Below, in pieces: positions 21,444 through 33,079 of a stretch of DNA of 64,000 bases. Below the pieces are notes generated by a model, which worked only from the letters and a program-made list of their open reading frames with translations, was not told where the DNA came from and did no database searches. Positions within the stretch are counted from its first letter, which is position 1, and each line of letters starts with the position of its first letter. This DNA comes from Perkinsela sp. CCAP 1560/9 (lineage: Eukaryota > Protista > Euglenozoa: Kinetoplastea). The translations under genes and the position numbers were made by a program. Where the stretch lies: NCBI GenBank assembly GCA_965644495.1, contig CBFFSA010000005.1, positions 434,001 to 498,000 on the forward strand, written 5' to 3'.

Positions 21444-21965
21444 GGTGAATGATTGAGCGCAAGTGGACGAGTGAAGTTCTTTTTCACATTTTTAGATGAA
21501 AGGACTAAACGTGTATGAATTTCACTGGTGACGGAGAACGAATTTAATTTTTTGGCTGTCTCAAGTGTCTTATAGCAAAAGTAAAGTCTCATAGCGAGTG
21601 CAGTTGCAGTTCCCTAATCGACACAATGTAAGCGCGACATACATTATTATTGGGCCAAAAATGGACACAATTTTCTCATAAATAAATAACTTTATAACAA
21701 CAAAAAGAGTGTAAACTACTGTAAAATTTATACTGAGAATTCAAAGTTGTATGGTGTACCGATCATAAATTTATTATAGTCTGTATTTGCGTTTAGAGAA
21801 ATGAATATCCACGTATTCAATAGCACATTTGCAAAACTGTTTTAAACAATGCAGAATTGTTTTCCATGTAATATTTCATGTCATGTACGATTATCACATG
21901 AAGCGCAATATTTTGCCTAGTAATCACGTAATTCTGCGCGTGTCATTCAGGAATTCTAGTCCACA

Positions 21966-24900
21966 ATGCTGGAGCGTTACGTTGCCAGTGCTTTAGCAAG
22001 CATTCTTAGTGATTACATACAGGATGTAAGCGCAGATAACTTAAAATTGTCATTGTGGGCCGGTGTGGCACATCTGCACAACATTTGGTTTCGACGGGAT
22101 GCTCTTGATCGGTTTGGGCTACCTTTTTCTCTTCAATATGGCTACATTGGTGAAATATCGATACAAATTCCATGGTCCGCCATATACACTCAGCCCTGTC
22201 GTATTATTTTCAATAAAGTTAGCCTCGTTCTAGAACTACAACAGGGGAATGACTGGAGTCAAGCTCGAGATCTTCAAAACATATGGAAAATGAATGAGGA
22301 GTGTGTTGCTCTGCTTCTAAAAAGGACGCAAAAAAATACTGGGACGCAGTCTTCTGGGGTAGGTATGGTGGCAAGTACTTTGGCTTTTGTTAGTAGACTC
22401 GCGCAAGCTATTCGTGAAAACATAGAGTTGCAAATCTATGATGTAATGGTGTCTTTGAAATGCGAAAGAAGTGTATTTGGTTTTCACATCGAACATGTAT
22501 CTTGGTTAAAAACTTCTAATGTTTGTCCTGAAGGGATTCCCGTTGTCCAAACCAGTCACGGAACAGAAAGAGTCTTACATCTCCGCGAAATTCTGTCATT
22601 TATTGGGCCAGGACCAGAAAAGACAAAACTGTTTATGCCAGATGAGCGATCCTTCAAAGAAGATGCAGAATCATATTTCGAATCTCTCAGAGAAGTTGCT
22701 CCGAAGTATTCGGCATCAGCGTTCTCTGATTGCTATCTTCATGTGGGAGAAGCGCACTGTAAATCTGTGGCTACTTTGAAGCTTAACACATGCCGGTGGT
22801 CCTTCACTAAGAGTCAGTGGAAATGTATCCTTAAACTGTTAGCATGGTGTAATAGCGATCCAAGGAGGGAACTTGACAGCTTCCTTCCGATACAGCGACC
22901 GTGTATTGAGTCATGTCCGCGAAGCGGGTGGAAATATGCAGCAAATTTAATATTCAAAGGAAAGCACGTTGCACACAAACGGGTTTTCCTTAATGCAATC
23001 AAAGAAGAATACGAGCAAGTATATCGTGATCACATTATAGGAATGCTAAAGAAAACTAATGAGAAGCTTTCTCTACCCGATGTTATTACCCGTCCGAAAA
23101 CAATGCGATTGCTGGAAAGAGAACTCTCTCTATCAGAAGTGCTCTCTTCCAGAAAAACCGTTTACAAAATTCTTCTTCGTGAAATTTCGACACAAGATCC
23201 CCGTTTGCTCTCACCGCTAAACAATGAGGTGTCGTCCACTGGGCGAAAACAATCTTGGAGCGAATGGTGGTATGGGGAAAAAGTATTTGAGCAAGATGGT
23301 GCAACCGCAGAAGAAATTGCTGAAATTCGTCATATTGTAGATGATCTGAATTCACCTAATGCATCCGATGGTACGGTGGATGAGTTTTCGGGATCGTTGT
23401 TCGAAATTATCACGAGCGAAGTTTCTGTGCATATTGAATCCGAGAAAAATTATCAATTGGAAATAGAAATGAGCGAGCTGGGCTTCACACACGACATAAA
23501 ATATAATGAAGAGATATCTGCTTGGAGACTTGATCTTAAAGCGTTTTCCTTCGAAGTCTCAAATATTATTTGGGCATCTTGTGTCGCTAATCAGGATATA
23601 ATGTATTCTTCCGAGATTACAAATCCTCCTGTTCAAAAATGTGTCTCTAACAGTCTTCTTTCACTCAAGAGCAGTACATCGGATAGTCGAGGCCCACACT
23701 TTATCTCTGTGCTATCCTCTCCTGTACATACCAAATATAGTTGGTGTATCAAAAATTTATGTTGCATTCTTTCTCCAGGTATGTTTGATTGGGCGAATGA
23801 TGTTCTTGTATATTGTTCGTCTCACGGGATTGAGCGTAATAAGCACGCGATTAGGAACTGTTTAGGTCCAAAGGTTCAACGAAGGAACTCCGATATTGAT
23901 TTCGATGGGCTCTTCCAGAGCACAAGAATTATTCTGTGCAAGGATCGCAGTCGAAACTTAAACAAGTTCTCACATTGGGTGACTATGGAAATGGATTCGA
24001 TCTCAATGGGGAAAATTCGTGAAATCAATAATCCCGAACAACCTCGAAAGCACGTGCTTGATTTGGACTCTTCATCACCTAACAAGTCGCTGCTTGTCTG
24101 CGGAGCCACCGTAAAATGCCTATTTTCCGAAGGAGAGGTGTGTTTATTACGCAAATTTTCGTTCACGATACAATATGTACGTGCATATGAGATGTTGCAA
24201 GATGATCCGCGCTTAATTCTCACTTTTAAAGACAACTTATCAATATGTCTGAAAAAGGAGAATCTTATTGAGATCAGAGAGCAGATAGGTTTATGGGCAG
24301 GACACATTACATATGATACTCAGAAGCCGATTCCCAGGAGAGCTGGCGATCACTTAGCTCTTCTTTTCGAACTTAGTGCTATCGAAGCTGAAATGACGTC
24401 ACATGAAGCTAACTACTCGGTTTTAGTTGTCAAGCCTATGGTTTCGTATTCTAGAAAACGTATCTCAGGGTCGATATCTAGCCTTCAGTTACTTTCCTCT
24501 AAGCCCGAAATAATACTTCAGTCATGTAACGACTATTTCAAATTAAGCGATGTGAAATGTGATCCAGCTTTTGGAAATCATTCTCAAACGAATCTGTTTG
24601 CGCGATCTTTTTACATGGTATTGGCACCGGAAGTGGTATCCTTTTTAGAGGAGCTATGGGACGTATTTCTTCTCTTTTATTCGGAGCAAACTGTGGATAT
24701 AACATGCGCTACCATTGACAAAGGTTCTCCTTCTCAGGGAGGAGTTTCCTCTGGAACTTTGGATGATGAAAACGATTTAGCGATCAAAATAGACGAAATG
24801 GTGATCGATCTGCCTCACAGCTCTACTTCAGGTTCGGAAATTTTGAACGTTCCTCTTAGTATTAAATCTCGAAAATTCTGCACCGCTGTCAAGAGATTTC

Positions 24901-27900
24901 CTAACGTTAACGACTTTCAGAGTTCTCTTGCTCAGTTAACGGGCGAAATAAAAGTCCAAGGGATTGAGTGTTGTACAAATAATGATTTTTCTGCTGCCCA
25001 GTTTTTGATAAAATGTCCTCTTTTGCGTTGTTTCTTCGGAGTACAGCACAGAATCACCGAATTTGGCGTGCTGAACGACATTCCTACCCTAAACCTCGAA
25101 TTTGGTGCTTGTGAATTTGAGATCGCGGATATATTAAACACTGCGATCATCCACGCCGTACGGAGTGAAGTCTTAATAGAAACCTGGAACAGACTTATCA
25201 GCATACCGTCCAGAATTTTTATTGATAATCTCGTTTCCGTAGCTGTTGAGGAGGACCCTATGCAGCTCAACATATCCTTAAAAGAGGTTTTTATAAATGT
25301 GAGCAGTGCGTCGTGCAACGATTATGTTATCTCGATTAGAAATATGCAAATGTACAGTGCGCCCTTCGTGAACTTTTATCAAACAATTGAGAAGAAAGAC
25401 GCATTTTTGGAATGTGTTATGGATCATTTTCTTCTACAATGGAAAGCAAAGGACGATCCCATCCTGTTATTTTCAGAATCCGGTTGGCAATGGGAGCGAA
25501 CATGCACTGCAGTTTCAAGAAACACTATACAGGTCTATCTTGGAAAGGTGGAGGTCGGTCATATTGACGAATTGATGGAATTTTATGAAACCTTCTTTCA
25601 TCACGCTTTGTGTTTAAGAAAGTGCGATCAATCCGAAGAAGTTCTTAATGATTTATTTTATAGTACAAGTGTCGACACCAAGAGTACTAACCTAGGCGTC
25701 GAATCCTATTTTCATTCATGCTGGACCGTCGATTTTCGCGTGGGAAAGACGACATTCTTGTACCGCACGTCAAGATTTGTTTTGGCCGATTCGAAACATC
25801 GTTTCACTTGGGACAAAGGCTTGTCAAAAATTCTTAATTTTAGGCACACGGCCTCAGATTCTTCACTCCAGATCGGTGATTTTGTTATGTCTACCTCCTC
25901 ACACGATATTCTTTGTAAAGCTAACTTCACCCTCCGCCGCTTCAAGTTCCAAAGCGAAGTTCAGAATCCGTCAATACAGTGGAGAGAGCAACCCTCTCTT
26001 CGCCTAAGTGCAGATTTCGTTTTTCTACAGATGATTTTTTATGAATGCAGTTCTTCTCTGTGGCGAAGCTTTCTGTCTTTTTTTACAGCGGAAGTCGATA
26101 AAAGTAACCCGGATGAAATTATGCGGCATGTCAAAAAAGGGCATCTTTCTTGTTCCAATCTTTCATATCTCCAATCTGAAACTTTTTCAAAAGATCCTTT
26201 TCTGCGATTTACGTGCTGTAAATTTTGTTTACACTTTCCTGAAATTAGAGAAAGAGGGAAAAACAAGTCTGACTTATCTCGATCGAGGGAGGAAAGCAAT
26301 GAAAGTTTGGTATCTGAATTCGCTTCTCAAAATGCTCAAAATGGATCTGTCTCGATTTCAGGTGCTGAAGCACTTCTTCTAGGCTCTCCAATCCTGCAAA
26401 TGCATTCATCGGGAGTCTTCAATGTAAAGCTAATTACCGAATCACTTTTTAGCTTTCCTGTGCGTGCTGCTCTTTTAGCGAGTGCATATCACTGGTGTTG
26501 GCTTTCGCAGCTTCCTCACATTACTCTCAGGCTGAATTCAGACCAATACACTACGCTGATCGGCGGAAATTTTTTCCCATGCAATTCTTTCGGTGCCCCA
26601 CTCAGAAACGAAAACTCTTTTTCTATGCATCTTTTTCAGGCCGCTCTGATGAATCTTAACCAATATTCCTTGCATTTTCTCGCCATTTCCTGTACCATGG
26701 ATCTAGGGGGCGACTCGAAGAATAGCTTAGAGCTCCAATTACATGACCTAATTGCTTCGAAAGGAATCGATTCTGTGGTACCGTTATCTGGTCAAGACGG
26801 TGAAATTTTGATTCGTAAGATTGTTCTTTGTACTGTTCATGGAGGAGGAGGAGGAGGAGAAGAAGGGGTCGTTTATGCTTCTGGTAGCCCAGAAATTCAA
26901 CATTTGTTGAGAGCATCAAGTGATACAGGCTCCGATGACTTTTTGGAATCCCTTGAGATCAACCAACTTTCAAGCTGCGCATCTGGTAGTTCCATGGAGG
27001 CAGATAAACAAAGCACATTCCCGAGCAATTGTTTTCATTTAGCATACTCTGCCAAACAATGGCGTTTGCAACTCCACCATCTAGAATTCTATCTTGATCT
27101 AAATGAACTTCGTCACCTAATACACGATGTTACTCGCTTCATGGAGATTAATCCCTTTCGAACAGACTTAACTGTGGGTCTACTTTTGGAAAATCGTGTA
27201 ACACAACTTTCCTGCAATGCTATCGTATCTCCCTCCCAGGTTTTACTTATTGTCGAAGAATATTTGTTAGATTATGTCCTTGACCTTGCATCTCATACAC
27301 TGGAAATCACACGTGATTCGAGGACGTTTTCATCTACTCAAGCGATTATTCTACCTGATTTTACTAGACTGCGTGTCAAGAACGGAAAAATCAAAATTCC
27401 GTATGCGACGAGTATTAACGATTTTGTGCGCCTCGGTAAGCACTCTATGCTTCACGTCGATGAAGCTTCCGTCTCATACGAATTCGAAGAAACTAAGTTA
27501 CCTGACTTAAACAAAGAGACAAATGATGCAACGTTTTTGTCGCCTCTTAACGGGTTCGTTGAAGTTAAAATTAATATTGTATTTCCGATGTGTTCACCAA
27601 AATGCTGGTCTTCTATGCTTGAAATGCAAGTAGAATGTTCTAAGGAATCACTTAGTGCTGTGGACTACACGTCATTTTCATGGAAGATGCGTTTCTCAAG
27701 CAACAAAGACCTTTCGACATCAACTCAATGTGTCCGAGGTAGTATAGAGAATAACAATGTTATCTTACATCTTCCGAAAATTCGGGGTAACTTAAACCTT
27801 GAAAATGTGTACGCCACACTGGAGTCCATGGGTGTAAGTAATTTACGTAGCCCGGAAGTGTTCAACGCTTCACCTTCATTTCTTGATACAGAACTCGTCT

Positions 27901-30900
27901 CCACGATACGGTCATGGTTTAAAAACACGAAAAAACGTTTTCAAGTATTTGTCCAAGGGCTTAATATTTCTCTTTTTTTATCAGATATCTCTCTTTTGAA
28001 CTTCACCGTTGGCAGTCTAGAAATCAAAGGTGAGCATAAAAATATATGCTTGCTCTTAAAACAAACTGACTTCAGTTCATCCTCGCATCAAACTGGGATA
28101 CTTGAGCCAATTTTGGAAAATTTGGAGCTTTGTTATACAAAGGTAAGTGAGACTCATAGCACATACCACAGAGTTGAAGTGGAAAATTGTGAACTAGTGA
28201 TCAACCCTATCACCTGGCACCGTCTCATGAACTTGCCGGGCCGAATACTAAACCGAAAATTGGTCTCCTCACAACTCACTCTTGTGAATCATACTAGAGA
28301 TATCTTTTCTATTGAGCTAGATAGCGCGGAAAAGCGTTGCGAGTCCTTTACTCTGGAAGCTGCTCAGTTAGTAAACACAACTCTTAGCTCCTCTAGCGAT
28401 CGAATTTATTTTGCTGTTGAGGGGTCCAAAGATCAGAAACAAGTTATACACGTGCGTCAAAATGGTTATCAGCTGTACTTCCCGTTTCTCTGCTACATCA
28501 CGTGGAGTTTAGATCAAATTATGATCCGTTTCATGCATATTTATCTTTATTACTTTCCAATAGACGATGCCAAGAAACGCTATAATTCGCTCCATGAACT
28601 TGCAGGGCAGAAACCTGCACTCATCAAATGTGAGAATCGCTCTAGTCATTCACTAGTCCTTAACAAAACGGTTATTCTTGTCCCATCGAATTCTTTTATT
28701 ACAATACCTCACCAACTAGACAATCAGATTCAACCTTCTCTGCTTCATACGGGAGGTTCCTCAACTACCGAAAATGCTTTATGCGAGTCAAAAAGTGTGA
28801 TTTTTTGCAATAATCTAATAAAAAAGAATGGGAGCGCCACCCTTCGCTTTCACAGGGAAAACACGAGTGATGTGTTCCTTCTTGCAAATTGGGAGACCAA
28901 TCGTCATGAGGAGTGCTTCGTTATTTCCCATCTTATTTTCTATGACCCCATTTACATTGTGAATAGCCTTCCTGTACCATTACGATTGAGCTTGTTGTCA
29001 CTACAACCGGCTCTTACTTTCATTTCCGAGGAAGGACTTATTGCTTCACATTGCGATGACTCGTGGGAGAACAAGAACACAGTAGAGATTGTCGTGGAAA
29101 GTGGAAAAAAATATAGAATTGATGAAATTCATCCTTCTCAGGAATTGAAGTTACATCTAAAAGTTGAACAAGTCGAACTTTACGAATTACGCACTCAATG
29201 TGCGACAACCCAACTCACCTTGCCGTGCACGAGTTCACAAGCATGCCCTCCTGTTTGTCTGAAATTAAAGGATGAAGTAAATGCAAATTGCGGTTATAGG
29301 GAACTCTTATTTAGCGCTGATTTCGCTATTCTAAATCATACGAATCTTCCTCTCCAAGTAAGGTTCCGAACGCACGCTTCGTCATCAAAACATGTGTATA
29401 TTCTTCATGCACTTTCAACTTGTCCGCAAATATCCGGAATGCGGTATCATGATGATTTACAATGTTGTGCGTCCATTTTAAATTCCAAAGTTTCCTCATC
29501 TTGGTTTCACGTGCAGTCTATGGTGGTCCCAAAAGTAGTTGCTCTTTCGAGTGCTCAGAAGAATTCAGTTCATGTGACGTGCAGTTTGGAAACCGTCTCA
29601 AATTCTCAGACTCGTATTTTGCACATCAGTGCCCCACGCGTTGTGCGTAACTACACTGATTCCGATATGACTTTCACCTACACGATGAAGGGGGCAGTAA
29701 CGGAGAAACGCATTAAGTTTTTCTCTAAGGCGAGCACTCCAGTTTACCACAACTTCGGTGAAAATTGTAAAATTAAGTGTAGTTGCGCTTCCTTCAGTGA
29801 AGGTCGCGCTTTTTCTTTGGAAGATCAGCATCGAATTTCACGGACCTTGTGCAAAACTCCTTTCTTTACTCGAACAAATGAAATATTTGGAACAGAAGTT
29901 ATCAACATTTTACCAATTACGCATTGGAAGACGCTTTGGCTAGTAAACTGGACTAATCAGTCTTTTAAACTTGGCCATATTTTGCAAGAAACTGTTCTTG
30001 GACACGCGTTTTGCTCGGAGACTCTTTCTGTCGGAGAGCAAAGGGTTACCCGTATCGAAATATGTGATAACATTGCATCATTGGTACTTCATTCTTCTTG
30101 CTCCTTGGAGATTCCATTGGAGAAGCCTTTTGCACGAGAATGGGGGTCAGTATCTTCTTTCGAAAGCTGCAATGGTGAAAACAATGCGCATTATGTATCC
30201 TATCGACTACTTCAAGAAAATGGGGTCTTCGTACTCTTTCTTCGAGAAAACGAAGAGAACGCGCACATTACAGAAGAAAAAAGTTATGTAAAGTGCGAGT
30301 ACTTGATCAAAAGTGGTTCAGTATCACTAATAGATCCACGACTCCTTCGTGAGCATGCTCTCATTTATCTAAAAAATATGTTTCATGGTATTTCCTGGTT
30401 TAACAGGCGTTCACACGGGATATTACATATAGGTAACATCCTTATCGAAAACCATTTACAAGTAAAACCTGCTTTTGATCTTATTTTGTGCACATCGAAT
30501 CAAAGCAAAGCGCCATTTCTTGTTGTCTTCTGGGAAGACGGATCTTGGTTGCAATGGCAAGATACTATGACTTTTCGTAAGATTCATATGTGCTTCTCTC
30601 CTTTTGCCTTGAGATTAACGGATTATTGGGTCTACGCAATGAGCAGCTATCTGTTACAGCTAATTCGTGGGGATTCAATTAGCTCTCTATCAACATTATA
30701 TGAATCGTCGTTTGAAGTGTCCTTTGCTAAGTTGCACAACGTTCTACACTCAGTGGAAAATACAGAGTGTGATGACTGTTTCTTTTGCTTGCCTAGTCGT
30801 TTAGCATGCGAGGAGTTTCGTATCGGGAATGTGAGCGTGTTGTTTTCCTTTCAATATGAAAAGTATGATGTAAAAGAAACAGAACGCTTTCCTTTTATGA

Positions 30901-31865
30901 TTAGCATTCCACCTCTGAAAGAGTTGCAACTTCGCATCGAAGGTATTGAACTAAGAGGTCTTTCTGACTATCACAAACGGCTTGCTCAACGCTTGATTTT
31001 CGCATATTCAAATGCGGTTCAAGGTAATCTTGGTGCTGCGGTTTACCATTACATGAAAAACATACCCGTCTTTGGCGTACCCTTACAGATTTTTTCTGCT
31101 ATTTCTGACGCCGCAGCCTCGACAATTCAAGAACCCATTGCAACTCCTTCTCATTTAGTAGAATTAACTGGCTCCATCTCAGGTGGTTTACTTCAAAGTG
31201 TATCCGACTTAAGCAGGGCACTGGCTGCTGGTCTTGAAATTCCTTCTCCGACGATAAGATCAGGGGCACACTCTCCCTCTATTTCACGGAACAATGATTC
31301 AGTCTTACCCGGAGAACATTTGCTTCGAGGAATGGTGCATGGTGTAAGCGATGCCGTGCGCAAACCTTCACTTTCATCTCTCATTGGAGTTGTCACCAAG
31401 CCCGTTGGCGGTCTCTTTCAGGAAGTTTCCACCATAACGGGATCCCTTGCGAGTTCACTCCGCATGGAACTCAAATCTTCTCGTTACTCAAGACAACGCG
31501 GTCAGCGACCTTTCTCATCATCGGGAACCGTTCTACCTTTGTCTACAGCAATAAGCATCATTGAAAACCAAAGATTTTATCCTTCAATTGGGTGGAGTTC
31601 GGAACTCCTTCCTGGGGATCCGCCGAACTGGGCTCTTCCTTCGGGATCATCATCAAGCAGAGAGTCTTTAGAAAACTTATTTCGGAAGGAAGGACGCATT
31701 TTAGGCTCGTGGCTGATCCAGGGTTCTGATAACTGCCGAATGTGGTGGTATGCTAGAGATTTTGCAGAAGAATCTCATCCCATAAGGACATCGAGAGACC
31801 ACACGAGGTATAGAATTTGGTATTCACTTGAAGTTGACAAATCAAAAAATTGTGTATCGAGTTGA
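21966..31865 (+). CDS. VPS13: VPS13-family bridge-like lipid transfer protein with C-terminal DysF (dysferlin/peroxin)-like domain
   Basis: Chorein N-terminus (LASILSDYIQDV..DNLKLSLWAG...ALDRFGLPF...GYIGEISIQIPW), VAB-like repeats (IVNSLPVPL, ILNHTNLPL, VRNYTD), ATG_C-like GVVTKPVGG; terminal ENQRFYP.IGWS..LLPGDP...W.YA.DF...R.R.W. Confidence 0.9.
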   Translation: MLERYVASALASILSDYIQDVSADNLKLSLWAGVAHLHNIWFRRDALDRFGLPFSLQYGYIGEISIQIPWSAIYTQPCRIIFNKVSLVLELQQGNDWSQARDLQNIWKMNEECVALLLKRTQKNTGTQSSGVGMVASTLAFVSRLAQAIRENIELQIYDVMVSLKCERSVFGFHIEHVSWLKTSNVCPEGIPVVQTSHGTERVLHLREILSFIGPGPEKTKLFMPDERSFKEDAESYFESLREVAPKYSASAFSDCYLHVGEAHCKSVATLKLNTCRWSFTKSQWKCILKLLAWCNSDPRRELDSFLPIQRPCIESCPRSGWKYAANLIFKGKHVAHKRVFLNAIKEEYEQVYRDHIIGMLKKTNEKLSLPDVITRPKTMRLLERELSLSEVLSSRKTVYKILLREISTQDPRLLSPLNNEVSSTGRKQSWSEWWYGEKVFEQDGATAEEIAEIRHIVDDLNSPNASDGTVDEFSGSLFEIITSEVSVHIESEKNYQLEIEMSELGFTHDIKYNEEISAWRLDLKAFSFEVSNIIWASCVANQDIMYSSEITNPPVQKCVSNSLLSLKSSTSDSRGPHFISVLSSPVHTKYSWCIKNLCCILSPGMFDWANDVLVYCSSHGIERNKHAIRNCLGPKVQRRNSDIDFDGLFQSTRIILCKDRSRNLNKFSHWVTMEMDSISMGKIREINNPEQPRKHVLDLDSSSPNKSLLVCGATVKCLFSEGEVCLLRKFSFTIQYVRAYEMLQDDPRLILTFKDNLSICLKKENLIEIREQIGLWAGHITYDTQKPIPRRAGDHLALLFELSAIEAEMTSHEANYSVLVVKPMVSYSRKRISGSISSLQLLSSKPEIILQSCNDYFKLSDVKCDPAFGNHSQTNLFARSFYMVLAPEVVSFLEELWDVFLLFYSEQTVDITCATIDKGSPSQGGVSSGTLDDENDLAIKIDEMVIDLPHSSTSGSEILNVPLSIKSRKFCTAVKRFPNVNDFQSSLAQLTGEIKVQGIECCTNNDFSAAQFLIKCPLLRCFFGVQHRITEFGVLNDIPTLNLEFGACEFEIADILNTAIIHAVRSEVLIETWNRLISIPSRIFIDNLVSVAVEEDPMQLNISLKEVFINVSSASCNDYVISIRNMQMYSAPFVNFYQTIEKKDAFLECVMDHFLLQWKAKDDPILLFSESGWQWERTCTAVSRNTIQVYLGKVEVGHIDELMEFYETFFHHALCLRKCDQSEEVLNDLFYSTSVDTKSTNLGVESYFHSCWTVDFRVGKTTFLYRTSRFVLADSKHRFTWDKGLSKILNFRHTASDSSLQIGDFVMSTSSHDILCKANFTLRRFKFQSEVQNPSIQWREQPSLRLSADFVFLQMIFYECSSSLWRSFLSFFTAEVDKSNPDEIMRHVKKGHLSCSNLSYLQSETFSKDPFLRFTCCKFCLHFPEIRERGKNKSDLSRSREESNESLVSEFASQNAQNGSVSISGAEALLLGSPILQMHSSGVFNVKLITESLFSFPVRAALLASAYHWCWLSQLPHITLRLNSDQYTTLIGGNFFPCNSFGAPLRNENSFSMHLFQAALMNLNQYSLHFLAISCTMDLGGDSKNSLELQLHDLIASKGIDSVVPLSGQDGEILIRKIVLCTVHGGGGGGEEGVVYASGSPEIQHLLRASSDTGSDDFLESLEINQLSSCASGSSMEADKQSTFPSNCFHLAYSAKQWRLQLHHLEFYLDLNELRHLIHDVTRFMEINPFRTDLTVGLLLENRVTQLSCNAIVSPSQVLLIVEEYLLDYVLDLASHTLEITRDSRTFSSTQAIILPDFTRLRVKNGKIKIPYATSINDFVRLGKHSMLHVDEASVSYEFEETKLPDLNKETNDATFLSPLNGFVEVKINIVFPMCSPKCWSSMLEMQVECSKESLSAVDYTSFSWKMRFSSNKDLSTSTQCVRGSIENNNVILHLPKIRGNLNLENVYATLESMGVSNLRSPEVFNASPSFLDTELVSTIRSWFKNTKKRFQVFVQGLNISLFLSDISLLNFTVGSLEIKGEHKNICLLLKQTDFSSSSHQTGILEPILENLELCYTKVSETHSTYHRVEVENCELVINPITWHRLMNLPGRILNRKLVSSQLTLVNHTRDIFSIELDSAEKRCESFTLEAAQLVNTTLSSSSDRIYFAVEGSKDQKQVIHVRQNGYQLYFPFLCYITWSLDQIMIRFMHIYLYYFPIDDAKKRYNSLHELAGQKPALIKCENRSSHSLVLNKTVILVPSNSFITIPHQLDNQIQPSLLHTGGSSTTENALCESKSVIFCNNLIKKNGSATLRFHRENTSDVFLLANWETNRHEECFVISHLIFYDPIYIVNSLPVPLRLSLLSLQPALTFISEEGLIASHCDDSWENKNTVEIVVESGKKYRIDEIHPSQELKLHLKVEQVELYELRTQCATTQLTLPCTSSQACPPVCLKLKDEVNANCGYRELLFSADFAILNHTNLPLQVRFRTHASSSKHVYILHALSTCPQISGMRYHDDLQCCASILNSKVSSSWFHVQSMVVPKVVALSSAQKNSVHVTCSLETVSNSQTRILHISAPRVVRNYTDSDMTFTYTMKGAVTEKRIKFFSKASTPVYHNFGENCKIKCSCASFSEGRAFSLEDQHRISRTLCKTPFFTRTNEIFGTEVINILPITHWKTLWLVNWTNQSFKLGHILQETVLGHAFCSETLSVGEQRVTRIEICDNIASLVLHSSCSLEIPLEKPFAREWGSVSSFESCNGENNAHYVSYRLLQENGVFVLFLRENEENAHITEEKSYVKCEYLIKSGSVSLIDPRLLREHALIYLKNMFHGISWFNRRSHGILHIGNILIENHLQVKPAFDLILCTSNQSKAPFLVVFWEDGSWLQWQDTMTFRKIHMCFSPFALRLTDYWVYAMSSYLLQLIRGDSISSLSTLYESSFEVSFAKLHNVLHSVENTECDDCFFCLPSRLACEEFRIGNVSVLFSFQYEKYDVKETERFPFMISIPPLKELQLRIEGIELRGLSDYHKRLAQRLIFAYSNAVQGNLGAAVYHYMKNIPVFGVPLQIFSAISDAAASTIQEPIATPSHLVELTGSISGGLLQSVSDLSRALAAGLEIPSPTIRSGAHSPSISRNNDSVLPGEHLLRGMVHGVSDAVRKPSLSSLIGVVTKPVGGLFQEVSTITGSLASSLRMELKSSRYSRQRGQRPFSSSGTVLPLSTAISIIENQRFYPSIGWSSELLPGDPPNWALPSGSSSSRESLENLFRKEGRILGSWLIQGSDNCRMWWYARDFAEESHPIRTSRDHTRYRIWYSLEVDKSKNCVSS

Positions 31866-32146
31866 ATTATCGTAATAATCTTGCACTTTTGAAAGGGGTA
31901 CATATCGTTTCCCACGCATGAACTGCATGGCGCAGGTTTTCTCGAATAGAAATATCACCGGGTTCGGAACGATTATACCGAAAAATGGGGGTAAACAAAT
32001 TATTTTTAAGTTGAACAAAAATTCAGTATCTGTAAGTGGGAAAACACAACTGTCATTGCCTATTCATTTTCACAAGGTTACCCATCATCTTATTAGTTCT
32101 TAATTCCCTCTTAAAGTTTTACTTACATGTCGAGAAATTTTTACTG

Positions 32147-33079
32147 ATGTCTGCACAAGGAAGATACGAAAAACTAGATAGACTTGGGGAAGGAACCTAT
32201 GGAGTGGTATACAAGGCGCGTGATAAAGTAACTGGTGAAGTGGTTGCTTTGAAACGAATGAATATCACAGAGCACGAAGATGGAATACCCGCTACAGCAA
32301 TTCGTGAGGTTTGCATTCTAAAAAATATAAAACATCGCAACGTAATACGACTTTCGAACGTTTTGTTTCGTCTTCCAAAACTTACTCTTGTTTTCAACTA
32401 CTGCGAGTACGATTTAAAGAAATATATGGATGCAGTAGCAAGACCTTTATACCCTGACACCGAGATAAAGGTGTTCCTTTTTCAAATATTAGAAGGATTG
32501 CGTTATCTCCACTCGAAGAGCATTGTGCATCGTGATTTGAAGCCACAGAATATATTAATTGATGGAGATAAAAAGCTTCAGCTTGCAGACTTTGGATTAG
32601 CACGCGTAGAAGGAATCCCTACTAAAAAATATAGTCACGAAGCTGTAACTTTATGGTATCGGCCACCTGATGTTATTCTGGGCTCTTCAAACTATGGTTT
32701 TCCAGTAGATATGTGGAGTGTCGGATGTATATTTGCGGAAATGATACAAGGAAAGCCTTTTTGTCCAGGAAAGACGGAATCCGAGCAACTAAAATTAATT
32801 ATCCGTCATCTAGGGTCTCCTACTGTTCATTCTTGGCCCTCTTTACATAAGTATCCTGGTACAAAAGATATGATCGACACAATAAAGTCTACACACGCGC
32901 GAGAATCAAGCTTGTTTCGAAGCACCGCTTTTCGTTCTGTTGGAATTTACGGCAGTAATCTACTCCGAGAGATGCTTCGATATGAACCTACGCATAGAAT
33001 CACAGTTGAAAATGCGCTCTCACACCCTTACTTTAGCAATATACACTCAATATTTACAAAGTCAAAATCAGGAAAGTAG
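32147..33079 (+). CDS. Cdc2-related cyclin-dependent kinase with PATAIRE helix (CRK family)
   Basis: GEGTYGVV, VALK, EDGIPATAIRE, HRDLKPQN, ADFGLAR, HEAVTLWYRPPD; ATG at 32147. Confidence 0.95.
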   Translation: MSAQGRYEKLDRLGEGTYGVVYKARDKVTGEVVALKRMNITEHEDGIPATAIREVCILKNIKHRNVIRLSNVLFRLPKLTLVFNYCEYDLKKYMDAVARPLYPDTEIKVFLFQILEGLRYLHSKSIVHRDLKPQNILIDGDKKLQLADFGLARVEGIPTKKYSHEAVTLWYRPPDVILGSSNYGFPVDMWSVGCIFAEMIQGKPFCPGKTESEQLKLIIRHLGSPTVHSWPSLHKYPGTKDMIDTIKSTHARESSLFRSTAFRSVGIYGSNLLREMLRYEPTHRITVENALSHPYFSNIHSIFTKSKSGK

